DNA of 64,000 nt from contig NC_047015.1 in assembly GCF_902652985.1 (NCBI RefSeq), forward strand, positions 29,946,001 through 30,010,000, written 5' to 3'. Under the pieces are notes generated by a model, which worked only from the letters and a program-made list of their open reading frames with translations, ran no database searches and was not told the origin of the DNA. Made by a program: the position numbers and the translations under genes. Source of the DNA: Pecten maximus (lineage: Eukaryota). The stretch's first letter is position 1, and each line of letters begins with the position of its first letter. This document shows positions 12,310 to 24,500 of the stretch, piece by piece.

Positions 12310-14740
12310 TAATTATATAATATGTTATACATTACAATAATTATCATAGCTTTAATTAAGTTATTGTAAACAATACTATGAGTTTTGTGTTTTTTTTTGT
12401 TTTTTGTTTTGTTTTTTTGTTGTTGTTGTAGTTTTTAAATAATTGCTTTTTTGGAAAATTGCAAATTATCTCCAAATAGTCTTGATAAAATTAACATGGA
12501 AATGCAAAGTAATGTTTTGCAGCAAAGCCAATGGTGACGCAAAGATCGCTCATGTCAATATCTTGATAACCGCTTTATTATTTCCTGACCATGTCGTATC
12601 CCCTTAATACACGACACTTTAACGGCCGTTAGGAAACCATATAGAAATAAACATGCACCAGCAAATAATTTTGAGACCAATTTAATCTTCGAGTAGGTGT
12701 CTCTCACTAATGGCACATATTTACAATACCATGAAGACGGCATTATGCACACCAAAACTCGATATATACTCCACACTTTTGATACTAAAATAGAAACGTA
12801 GAAGTCAATTTCAGTCGTGTTTATTTATAAGGAGACATGGAAAGATTAGCCGACACCTTACAAAGGGGCAGCAGATCAGTCTCATCAACGCTCTTAGTAG
12901 AATACAGATGTTGTCACCTCCTTATCTTAACATGCAATGGGACAAAAAGGTCATGGTAGAAGTCGGAGGAACCCTGACGATCTCAAAGGTGGGGCCAAAA
13001 GTAAGGTGGCATGTGAATGCATCTCAAACATCATCACCTTCTTGTGAGGAGCTTTTTCATTCGCTACAATATTGAAGCAAATAGTAGTTGTTCTACTGCA
13101 ATTAATTCTGTAATAAGTCGGACTTAATTGACAGGATAATGCTTGCCTATTTGATGCAACTATTTCCGTAAAATATTGTCACGTGAAACGAATTGGCACG
13201 ACAAATTCTGTTAATACGTTTCAATTTGTTACAATCATATTTTAATTGACTTGCTACAGCCCCCGTTTTCCACAAAGTACAATTATTTATGTATTTAAAA
13301 GGCTACAATGTGTAGTGACTGTCAATACCCTTCATTCATCCTTCGTTTAAGTTGTACCGACCGGCGATCTACATTCAGATAGATGTACGTGTTCCAATAG
13401 CTCGCTACGTTCACGTCTGAAGGCAATGCCCTACAGTGACTACACTGGTACTTATTAAGGATTATTTTTAAATTACGATTATACATGTACATGTAACATA
13501 TGGTGACTAGCTTTTACATCTTCTATATTAACACTAACATACATACAAATAAATATGTACGTCATCTATGTGTCCTTGTTCATTAAGAAGCAATGTCACG
13601 TTTTGTATTTATTTGAATTTTAAAAATTGACGCTTTTCTTTAAATTATTCATTTCGAATAGCAATCATTGCTGAATAGAATAGTTTTGTTTCATTATTCT
13701 TAACGGTTACGTAATTCCTTCACTGTTATTCAATACATAAAAAACCACAAATGGATATATACACAATGTGATACAGTATAATTCGTGTTAATGTATGCAA
13801 ATAGATTTAGACGCCCGATTAAATTTTAGAAGTCCTGATAAAATACCAACTTGAATTAACAAGGGGAGGTAGTCTAGGCGTGGATCTTTTCGTAATACAT
13901 GCCTCATTCTTCGGAAGTACGTGGGCAAACATTTGGTGTTAACTATTGTATAAAGCTGATTCACAGCAGTGTTTGCCTCCATTTAGCAACCTCATTACAG
14001 CTACATAAATACCACGCAATATGAAAAGCAAGTTTAAATATAATGTTTTATTCCAAAACAATAATGATAAGTTTACTCTTATCAATAACAAGTTGAAATC
14101 TAGTTTATTATTCCGAACAATAAGAGTCTTTTCGTTTCTATAAATAATCTGTTTGCCGAATAAATGCAAGCGAGTCAAGAGACTATTACAATCAGACAGC
14201 CTCGGGCCTTTCCGGATAGCTTGGAAAAACACCCCGGATGTACATGGCGGAGTGATATGCAGATTTGCTGACTATTGACCTCGCCGGAAAACGTTTTGCA
14301 TAGTAGGGAACATGTATTACTTGAAAAGGAATGGCTAAGAATATGAATTAAAATTGGACTCTTTTCCAACATGAACTGTTGCATTAAACACATTCTTCGA
14401 GGTTATTAAATCACTATCCATTCACTTCTAATCTACGTACCTGCAGGTCTTATTTCTCTAGCAATCTTTAATAAGGAAAAGATGTGTCTGCATCAATGAT
14501 TAATGATGAATCTAATGTATCAGACTCCTTTAGTTCCAGGGTAGGATCTGGCTTCATCGCTGAACATTTTTAATCGTTTCGATTTCTCAACACATTGTAT
14601 TACTGCATCTGCTATCGTATTTGACCTACACTGTCGTCGTAGTGCTGATGGTGGAGCTTCAGAGAAGATTTATTTGAATTTGTTTCATCTTTAATATTGT
14701 TCACACTTCCCAGTTTCTCAACCAATTTAATGTAGCTTCC

Positions 14741-15600
14741 ACTTCATACAACCAAAGGGAGGTAGCACGTGTGTGGAACATCATACAACCAAAGGGAGGT
14801 AACGCGTGTGTTGAACTTCATACAACCAAAGGGAGATAGTGCGTGTGTTGAACTTCATACAACCAAAGGGAGGTAACGCGTGTGTGGAACTTCATACAAC
14901 CAAAGGGAGATAGTGCGTGTGTGTTGAACTTCATACAACCAAAGCGAGTTAACGCGAGTGTGTGGAACTTCATACATCCAAAATGTTAGTAAATCACGTC
15001 TTGAGCGTCCTACACTTAAGGGACGCAACGCGTGTGTTGAACTTCATACAGCCGAAGAGAGGTAGCGCGTGTGTTGAACTTCATACAACCAAAGGGAGGT
15101 AACGCGTGTGTGTTGAACTTCATTACAACCAAATGGAGGTAACGCGTGTGTGGAACTTCATACAACCAAAGGGATATAGTGCGTGTGTGTAGAACTTCAT
15201 ACAGCCAAAGCGAGTTAAAGCGTGTGTGTGGAACTTCATACATCCAACAGGGAGATAGCGCGTGTGTGGAACTTCATACAAGCAAAGGGAGTTAGCACGT
15301 GTGTGGAACTTCATACAACCAAGGGAGGTAACGCGTGTGTTGAACTTCATACAACCAAAAGGAGGTAACGCGTGTGTGGAACTTCATACAACCAAAGGGA
15401 GGTAACGCGTGTGTAGAACTTCATACAACCAAAGGGAGGTAACGCGTGTGTGGAACTTCATACAACCAAAGGGAGGTAACGCGTGTGTGGAACTGCATAC
15501 AACCAAAGGGAGGTGACGCGTGTGTGGAACTTCATACAACCAAAGGGAAGTTAGCGCGTGTGTGGAACTTCATACAACCAAAGGGATGATGTGTTGATCT
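14741..15600. repeat. 37-bp minisatellite (~20 copies, short interruption near 14985-15020)
   Basis: Unit gaacttcatacaaccaaagggaggtaacgcgtgtgtg. Confidence 0.95.
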
Positions 15601-17234
15601 TCTAACAATTTTACGCGATTACATTTATCATACTTTACTGGGGTATTACCCGATGTGCCACTCTCCCTCTTAACACAATTATCACATTTACTGTAAACCA
15701 TATGTTATCAAGCATGTATAATCATACACGTAGTTTGAAGTAGTCCATTGTCTACGTGTATGTCTCAGCGAAGCAAGAATGAGCAACATAACGTACGTAA
15801 GGGACGATATCAAACGGGGGAAAGCCAACAGGCTGTTTTAATTTCCCGAGGAATCCTTGTGAAATTCTGGTCACTAGATTTAAACACGAAAAAGATTAAT
15901 TTGGTAATATGTCACAAAGCCCATGTCCATTCATTCCAGATTTCTGACATCGTTTTATTTTAGTCGAGATTTTTACCAGTTTATTTTTTAGCCATGTTCA
16001 ATTAGCCCAAACTTTGTCAAAATTTCCGTTATGAATATTCATAAATTATCTCGACATGTCGTCATGAATGTTGTTAAATAACGTGACCTTCGATAAAACG
16101 ATGGCAAACATATGCCATCATAATAGTGTCTTTTATATAAAATCCATCACTCCGAAATTCGATAGAAATTATTTTGCCCTAATACTCGTCTTTATAGTTT
16201 TCCCTTGTAACATGACCGTTTATCTACGTGTACTCCAGAATTTGTACAATCTTATATGTACTCCCCGTATAGGTACCATTAGACAGTTTTATATGAGTTA
16301 TAAAACCCTCGATAATACCCCGAATTTCCTTTCACAAATCGGATAGGCCCATAGTATACTAATACGAATATCAATGGCTCTCCACGTGTAGTATCACAAA
16401 TCACTGACTTCTGGCCGAAAACACTAGAACTTTAGGAAACCTGTATACAAAAAGAAATAGGGACAGTGAGCCTAAGTTTTGGAGGATTACAAATAAACCT
16501 TTTAATAATAATTTCCGAAAATGCAAGCCCCAGTGACGGTGGGCCAATACAATTAGATGGAAATGATATATCGGGATGATGGTATTAGACAAAGGAGCAC
16601 GTCAATCAAACACTTTTACTTACATTTTTAGGAAGTCAGTATCATAACTATTCATTAGGGATTGGAATCCAACATTACATTTGTGAAATAATATGGTGTA
16701 TTATAATGCTTTTACGTTTCATTTTACACAATAGCTTACTGGCACTACAATACCAAGACAACTTGACAACAGGCTAATAGTTTTGTGATGTGTCCGGCCG
16801 TGCGGTTTCTTGTCAGGGCTCTATCTACACTGCTGGTCACTGGATCTTCATGAGGCGTTGCGTCATGTACCAAAAGAAGGTCACTCTGACCTTCTTTTGA
16901 CCTTTGACCGAGACAGAAGAAATAGATTCTCCATGTTCTATCGCCTACACTACTAATCACGGGAACGTCATACTAAAAAGTTGCGTTAAACTTGAAATAT
17001 ATCGAGAAAATCCCAGCCATCGTATGAAATATTTGCTCGTCGTTATTGTTCTACAAGCACGACAGTGAACGGAGCTCTCTCTGGCGTTCATCAGTTGCCG
17101 ACTTGTCTCGTAGGTATTTTCCATGGTAAGTCGTCCGTTTCACCACGGTACCATGTACTCATTCTACCACCATAACACATTTGTTTCTGTGGAATTCTAT
17201 TTGTTTCTCGAGAAGTTGAAAAAGAGACCAGTCA

Positions 17235-17375
17235 GTGCTTGTGTGGACCTGTCCTTGAGCAAGACACTTTACCCAAACTGCTCTTGATGCCATGTAACGG
17301 CCTCCTGTATAATGTTCAGTAAGGTAGCCGCTACCTACAAGGAGAACCCACGTCATAATGACCCTGGCTGTTCAT
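17235..17375 (+). mobile_element. SINE fragment
   Basis: Body 'gtccttgagcaagacactttacccaaactgctc' ending in 'aatgaccctggctgtt', the same tail start as the SINEs at 18.2-18.5 kb. Confidence 0.5.
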
Positions 17376-18155
17376 CAGCATTATGGGAGTGATTGCTGTA
17401 TGGTGGTAACAAAGTTTTCAATATTTCTGGCATGATAAGGTAAATATGATACTTTCCTCGTAAATGAGCCTTCATACCCCCTAAAATCAAGGCCATCGAT
17501 ATACATGTATATTATATACATACAAAAATGTATGAATGAGATTAAGTCATACATGTACTCTTTCCACTGTTACATTTTTTTCTGGCTTTACTGTAGCACT
17601 GCAAAAAATGGTGATAGTAACTCATGAGACCCTGATCAAACATTGTTGATACATTTGTTTTTTTGTTTTTGTATGACAGCTCTCTAGTTCTTAAACCATG
17701 CATGTACATGTAACAGAGTGATCACATGTTGACAGACATGTTCAGATGCATTTCGAAAATCTATGATCAGAAGTCGATAAGATAAATGTTTGATTTGAAT
17801 TATTTTCTTAGGTAATTGTGACTCTTTGTAAACAAGCAAGGGTATTAAGGGCCTGTGAATAGAACTGCATGTGTTTCGTTGCCACATTATTCTGATTGGT
17901 CAAAATTTAGGTACAGTGTATCTTGTGATAACGATGAACATTTGTATATAGAGATATTAGGGGAATACAAATACAATTGCATGGGTTTCGTTGCCATAGC
18001 AAACCACGTGAAGGCTGATGATTAGTCGAAATTTATACATTGATATATTTTAATGAAAATCGAATTAGATGTGTTTTTTGATATTACAAACACTATTGCG
18101 ATATCAACTTATCCATTTACGACTGCACGGGTTTGGTTTGGTTTGGTTGATTTTG

Positions 18156-18369
18156 CGGTGGCCGAGTGGTTAAGGTGTCCCGACACTTTAACACTAGCCC
18201 TCCACCTCTGGGTTGCGAGTTCGAAACCTACGTGGGGCAGTTGCCAGGTACTGACCGTAGGCCGGTGGTTTTTCTCCGAGTACTCCGGCTTTCCTCCACC
18301 TCCAAAACCTGGCACGTCCTTAGATGACCCTGGCTGTTAATAGGACGTTAAACAAAAACAAACCAAACA
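18156..18369 (+). mobile_element. tRNA-derived SINE, near full length
   Basis: Pol III A box (ggtggccgagtggttaagg), B box (gagttcgaaacc), central 'tctccgagtactccggctttcctcc' core and (CAAAC)n-type tail; 25-bp TSD gtttggtttggtttggttgattttg at 18131-18155 and 18370-18394. Confidence 0.9.
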
Positions 18370-18506
18370 GTTTGGTTTGGTTTGGTTGATTTTGTTTAAC
18401 GTCCTATTAACAGCCAGTGTCATTTAAGGACGTGCCAGGTTTGGAGAGGGAGGAAAGCCGGAGTACCCGGAGAAAAACCACCGGCCTACGGTCAGTACCT
18501 GGCAAC
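18370..18506 (-). mobile_element. 5'-truncated copy of the same SINE, opposite orientation (tail-to-tail)
   Basis: Reverse complement of ~18240-18369. Confidence 0.9.
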
Positions 18507-21500
18507 ACAGTTAAAAGGATACCACGTGCACGGATGCCTAGTAAACCCAAGTTGTTAGAGAATACTATTATCTATAGTAATCCAAAAAAGCATAGTGTGA
18601 ATTTGGGAGTTATCCCTTGCATAAAAATGTCATTGGTCCAATTGTAAATGGAAATATTCAGCGGTTCTCGATATATTGTCTATTGTACGGAATCTCTGTA
18701 GTGACATTCCGGGTACCTTTTATCGTTTATCAATAATTACATATTTGTTATACCATATTTTTGAAATATGCTAATATCTTGTGTGTCTGTTGTATAATCA
18801 TTTGAGATTTCTGCTGGAATATTTTTCTTTAGGAGTATTAGGCCACAGTACAAATCTCAGATCCCAAAGGAGGTGTGGCCCGATGTGTCGGTAAATGATA
18901 CATATGTAACAAAGCACATACGTCGACGTCACCAACTTCTGTAAGGATCGATTTCATTGGCTGCAATATTGTAGTAAATGATATACGAATTTCTGTTAAT
19001 ATTGAGATGTCTGTTGCTTCCAAGTGTATAAACATTGCATGGTATCAAAATGGGGATATTATGCAATTTGCGACCTGTATTTTTTAAGGATACGATGATT
19101 TATCAACCCGGCCTCGAAAGTAATATTCAGCAAAGTGATGTTGAATACCAGTGTGTTTTCAGCTCATGCCACTGTCGTTTAAGACTTTTTTTTTAGTTTG
19201 AAAGCGTTTCGTTTCAGCTACTAAATTCTGGACTATGAACAATGTCGATGTTAGAATGGATGTTTAATTGATAATATAATTTTAGGCATGGCCTATGTGA
19301 GAGCGCAGCAATCCCGGTGCTCATGGAATTCGAGAAACAAGCACACATAATCTAGTCTACTAGAACAGAGACCTATATATAGGTCTCTGACTAGAATAGT
19401 AAATCCCACATGATTTGTTTCATCTATGCGGAACGTAGTACAGTTTCCGATGGTGTGAAATGTAAAACAAACTGGTCGTATCACTGCCTCAAATATCATG
19501 TGAATTTAAATACATGCTTTATTTAGCGTAAGATATATTGTAATGTTTTTAAAACTCGAGGATCAAGACCGTGATTTCGATGCTAATCTATTTACGGTGG
19601 TCACGTGACTCCTCGAATACCGCGAGATCTGCCGAAGTTTACAGAGTCCACACATCACGTGGTATGCAACTCGAACGGACCGGAGCTGCACTCGTAAAAC
19701 ACCGGAAATATTTTCGTTGAAAATTATACCGTTACGTTTTGAATATAAAAAATTAAGAAATTGTTCGATATAAATTTTATTAACAAATTCTAACTAGAAC
19801 ATCTAGTGTGAAGTCAAACATTTGCATATTTTTAAAATGTTGATATTTTGTTATCTCCCGAGAATGTGACTTTGAATACAGTCTTGCGCAACACTGGATC
19901 TTGTCGTGACTTCCTGTTTCCGGTTACTGAGAAAGTTTTTGAACTCTAAGTATATTGGGGGAAAAGGGGGGGGGGGGGGGGGGGGGGGTTCCGAGACATC
20001 TCTACCATTAAGTTAGAGTTAAGCTTTGCCCGTTCGAGCTGCGCTCTCTATAATGATATAATTGATTGGCGTAACGACAACAATAACAATCACTTGTAAT
20101 GGAAATTATTCTTACCATCCTCAGACTAAAATTTTGAAAAAAGTTTATCTAAATCAACTGACAGGGTGTCAGTTAGCTCCGTTTTCTCTGCAGAAAACAT
20201 CTATTTGCTGAGATGGTTGTCACTTACCTGGTGTTTTGGAATCCCTTAATTATTTCTGGAAAAAAACTACCAATTTTCCTTCGTTTATCGTTGATAAACG
20301 CTTCATTGCCTACCGTCTTGTCAAAGAATGTCATCAGCACCGCCGATCTAGAAGCGCGCTGATTGGTTCATTTCTAATTTTGACGTCATGGAATGTGGGA
20401 AGGTCCATTTTCCCTATATTTTAGGAAAAGAAAACTAAACACGCAGTTATATGATTTATGCATGTAATGGAGACTAGAACAAGTCATGGCGCTCGATGAT
20501 ATGGCGCCATAAACCTGATCCAATGCTATACATCTCTGTAATAGACGCGGAATGCACGTACAGTTACGTAAATAACTTTGTTGTTACATGTAACTATCAA
20601 ATGTGATCAGAAAGTGTACATTCAAAGAAAGTGAAAGATATATTTATTATATAATGTAAATTATGTATTGCACTAAAGCAATTTAACTAGACTGGCGAAG
20701 GTCAATCAAATGATTTTATTCTGGGCATTTTTGTGAAAATGCATACCATTTCCTTTTTGAGTGTCAATGTTTTTCCACTGCCCGTTCAGAAATGTTTAAT
20801 GCATAAACTTACCTGAACATACAAATTAATCTGAATTTGTTACTTATTGGTAATGAACAGTTGACTTTTGATGTTAATAATTATGTGTTTGAACATGTGC
20901 AGGCTTTCATATCAAATCCAGCAAGAGTTTTTAAACATGCAAATTATGTCTATCTTTATATCACCATTTGCATAATTATGTAAAACTGACTTAATTCAAC
21001 ATTGAATTTGTAAATGTCTATGTCATCACATGTGTAAAATGTTTTGTTGATAGGAGATGGCTTCATAAGTTGCCATAACTTGTGCCAAATCCTTTGTATC
21101 TGTATCTATTTTGGACAATAAATACATACTTGTACATGAACGTGCTACTGAGGTTATATGGCTGTTCAATATTTTGGGGTGTGTTTTTCTAGCATTATCA
21201 AATTTGTTGCAATTTGATATTATCCAGAGTTTTAAAACTTATTGCAATCATATTTGGTTTGTCTGCAATCCTGGGAGAATTATAATAAAGTAACTTTCAA
21301 AATACGACAGTTTAATGTTTAAATACCCGCACTCGTTATTAGTATACCTGTGTGCGATAGGAGTGGTCCGATACACCTACTTGACAGCTAGGAGTATTAC
21401 TCGTAAGTTATATTTCACAACACACTTTGTTTCCTATTTCACGTAACAGATAAATGTATGATTATTATTTCTTCAATAGAATGTGTCCGATCAGAATTTC

Positions 21501-21561
21501 GGCCAACACTAGTTATCTCCCTTGATGACCTTCATGAGCACACTGACTTACATTGGACGCT

Positions 21562-24500
21562 ATGGACTCCGCTCGTTCGTCCCCAGCGAGCCTATCAGAC
21601 TACCATATAGACCCACATGTAGGATTCCTGTTGAAGGAAGCCCTGGTAATGTAGTCTGTTTGTCGTCTACACACTTCGTACGTCTGCTACATACGTATTC
21701 TTGTTTAGACTTTCTGAAGTCCATTATTTCACTGTTTAGTATAAACATATAATTATGTTCTTGATTTTTATCATTATAAAACTAAGGTGTCACAAAGTAG
21801 GTCGCTATTGTTGGTACATAGACGAAAGCTCATAACAGCGGTACACATAATAATGTACACATAACAATAGTAATACGCATACACACTCTACCGTGCCCAC
21901 ACCTGTGATTATACTATTGTTATACATGTAAACAGGAAGTACTACCGGAGTATTTCCACGTGTGGAATCACCTATCTGATCCGTCTGTGCTTATTCCACT
22001 CATCGAAAGTCATGCACTGCGTCAGGAAATAGACAAGGTGGGTATCACTTACTGCTTCCAGGGGAAATAAGTAATTAAAATAATAAAACAGTTTGTTACC
22101 AGTGTATATACATACACCGGAAATTCATAATAAGGAGGTGAAGTAAGAACGACACAAAGGCAGGTTTTCGCAAACAAATACGGGATTTTATAATTTCCCC
22201 TTTAAAATATATACAGCGGTTACAAATATTGAAATACATGTAATTATTAAAGTGCACTGTGTTGTAAGCCAATCTGTTCTATACGTAAAAGTCGACGACA
22301 GAAACATACAAATGTACTATCCTTATATGGACATTGAATACTCTAACTTTGTTGTACTGGGCCTGGTATATTTCAGATGCCTATTCTGGACCATTCTCGT
22401 CTTACCGGACACCGACAGCTCCGACTAGCACACCTCCAACTCTCGGTCTTAGTCAATGGCTACGTATGGCAAGATGGTGACCACGGCGTCCCAAAGGTAG
22501 GCATCCTTGAGGTTTATCTCCATCTTCATAGAAAGTTACCATGATAATCGTGTCCCAAACACTGCTTGGAGATAAATGAGAGGTTAAAACGACAAAAGGT
22601 TCCATATTTTACTTACTGATCATCATTTACTATACATATCCGTCCGCATACTTTGCCATCTCGTCTTCAGAGAGTTTCAAAGCTACCACCATCGCTAATC
22701 ACATGACCCAAATCTTGCACCAAGAGTTTTTGTCCGATGTGTTTCCATTGATATCTCACGAGATCTTGTGTCATTGTGATGGTGGCCATTTTCAAAACTA
22801 TGCTGAAACGGTATTGGAAAGAGTGTTGGCGGATATGGTTAGTGACCGATGATCAGTGAGTAAAACGTGTATGTCAGGTGATAAAATAGTATCTTTAATT
22901 TTCAACCGATGTATACCTTTTATGTGTCAGGGTGAAGGGAATTGGGGAGTGTTGTTCAAAGGCCGATGAGCGTGGGTCGGAAAAATGCTTGTTTTCTGTA
23001 TGGTGCGTCACATATATATTATGCTTCCGATTACCGCGAATTTTTCCAAACATAGATTTTTGTTTATTTTCTTTAAAAATTAAAAAAAAAAAAAAAAATA
23101 AAATTTAAAGGTTTCCCATTTTGAATATAACATGCATCGTACTCGTTTGATTGAATTTACCGTGAAGATGTCGATGTTAGTCATAATGAATGGTAAACCC
23201 TATCGATATAAATATGTTGCATTATAATGTTGCTGTTCTAGAGCGTTCCACGCTGTCTGTCCGTGCCATTTTGTGGGGTTTCACGACTCCTTGGTGTCCA
23301 GCCCATCCTGTCCCACTGTGATGTTGTACTGGCCAACTGGGTGGTTATCGACAAAACAAGGTACCGCGATCATTGCACTATTATTATTATTATTATTATT
23401 TCTTTACTTCCTCCAAATTTGAAGAGCAATAGAAATAACACAAAATACACATAAATCTCAAACAACATAGAAAGAAAAGAAAATTCGAACTGATAAGAGG
23501 GGAATGCGTGTACATTTTCAGAGTATATACTCCCTGATAAAAGAAACTAACCAAAAACATTTAAAATAGCCAGGTTTATTTCTTATGCAATGTTCTTATC
23601 ATTTTACCTCATAATAACCACGATGCTCTTGTTTCTTCTTTCAGACCACCAACTTTAGAGTAAGTGTACCAAAGACCGCCTTATCGCAGCATGTCGAAAA
23701 CCCCATGGGCATTGGTTGCGTAGTTTTGTGTAATCAAGAAAGGAGAAAATTATCAGAATTGAAAGTAGACAAAAAAAATCACCTGTTTATAATTAATTTA
23801 CCTATATTGAAACAAACCGATAAAAGAGGGGAAACGGAGTTCAGTCCTGTGGAGTTCATTTTCCTTATTTAAGCTGAAAAAACTACATAGCGATAAGAGA
23901 TTGAACACTGAAAGAAGTTGTAATATAATGTGTCCATGGTTTATACCAGACAAACTAGGTATTGATAAAACTGTTATTTTTTCAGGAACATCCGGGTCCT
24001 ATACTACCCTCCTGGAGGTGATGAGGCAGCTTGGTTCTTTAAGGCCACAGTTGGCGTGGAGCTGGCATTTTGTTCTGCGTTACAGGTAGAGTATGTTTTT
24101 GTCTCTTAATGTTTTCTACTCTATCTAGTGTAGGGCACAAATCTAGCGCGAGATTGAATATATTCTCGATATCAACTTCATCCCTTAGTTGTGTCTTCCT
24201 TGTTATTTTCCAGCCTATGATGCGGGCCATGGAGGCTGCTGACGTTGGAGACGACGCAAGTCTAGTTAAATGTCTCAAGGACATTGCTGCCACAGTAAAA
24301 AACATGCAGACAGCGGTGTCCAAACTACATGGTTCGTACCCGTGTCCGGTGTATTACCTGAATGACGTAGGCATCGTCTTAAGTTTAAAATGAACAATAT
24401 GTAAAGTCCTCTTATGCCAACATATCTTTGATTTGTTTGCGTTTGTCTTCCCTTACGCTTACAGGGAGTAGACATAATATTAACAAACGTTTGAACGAAA

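Noticed and set aside
10413-17887. Short 60-100 aa ORFs in the intergenic region between the IDO genes
   Set aside because: No recognisable motifs or exon chains; consistent with chance ORFs and repeat-derived frames.
18156-18230. tRNA gene
   Set aside because: A and B boxes are present but there is no complete cloverleaf; it is the head of a SINE with a TSD.
18833-18890. Possible extra exon (AG..GT bounded, SIRPQYKSQIPKEVWPDVS)
   Set aside because: No recognisable homology, and the gene B start at 21562 has in-frame upstream stops; at most a UTR exon.
19600-19925. GTCACGTGAC E-box and ETS motifs as the gene B promoter
   Set aside because: About 2 kb from the coding start, in repeat-like sequence, with no transcription-start evidence.
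19966-19988. Poly-G/poly-C runs (also ~37015, 41864, 45219, 52222, 63042) as G-quadruplex elements
   Set aside because: Simple homopolymers, common in such genomes and unreliable in length.
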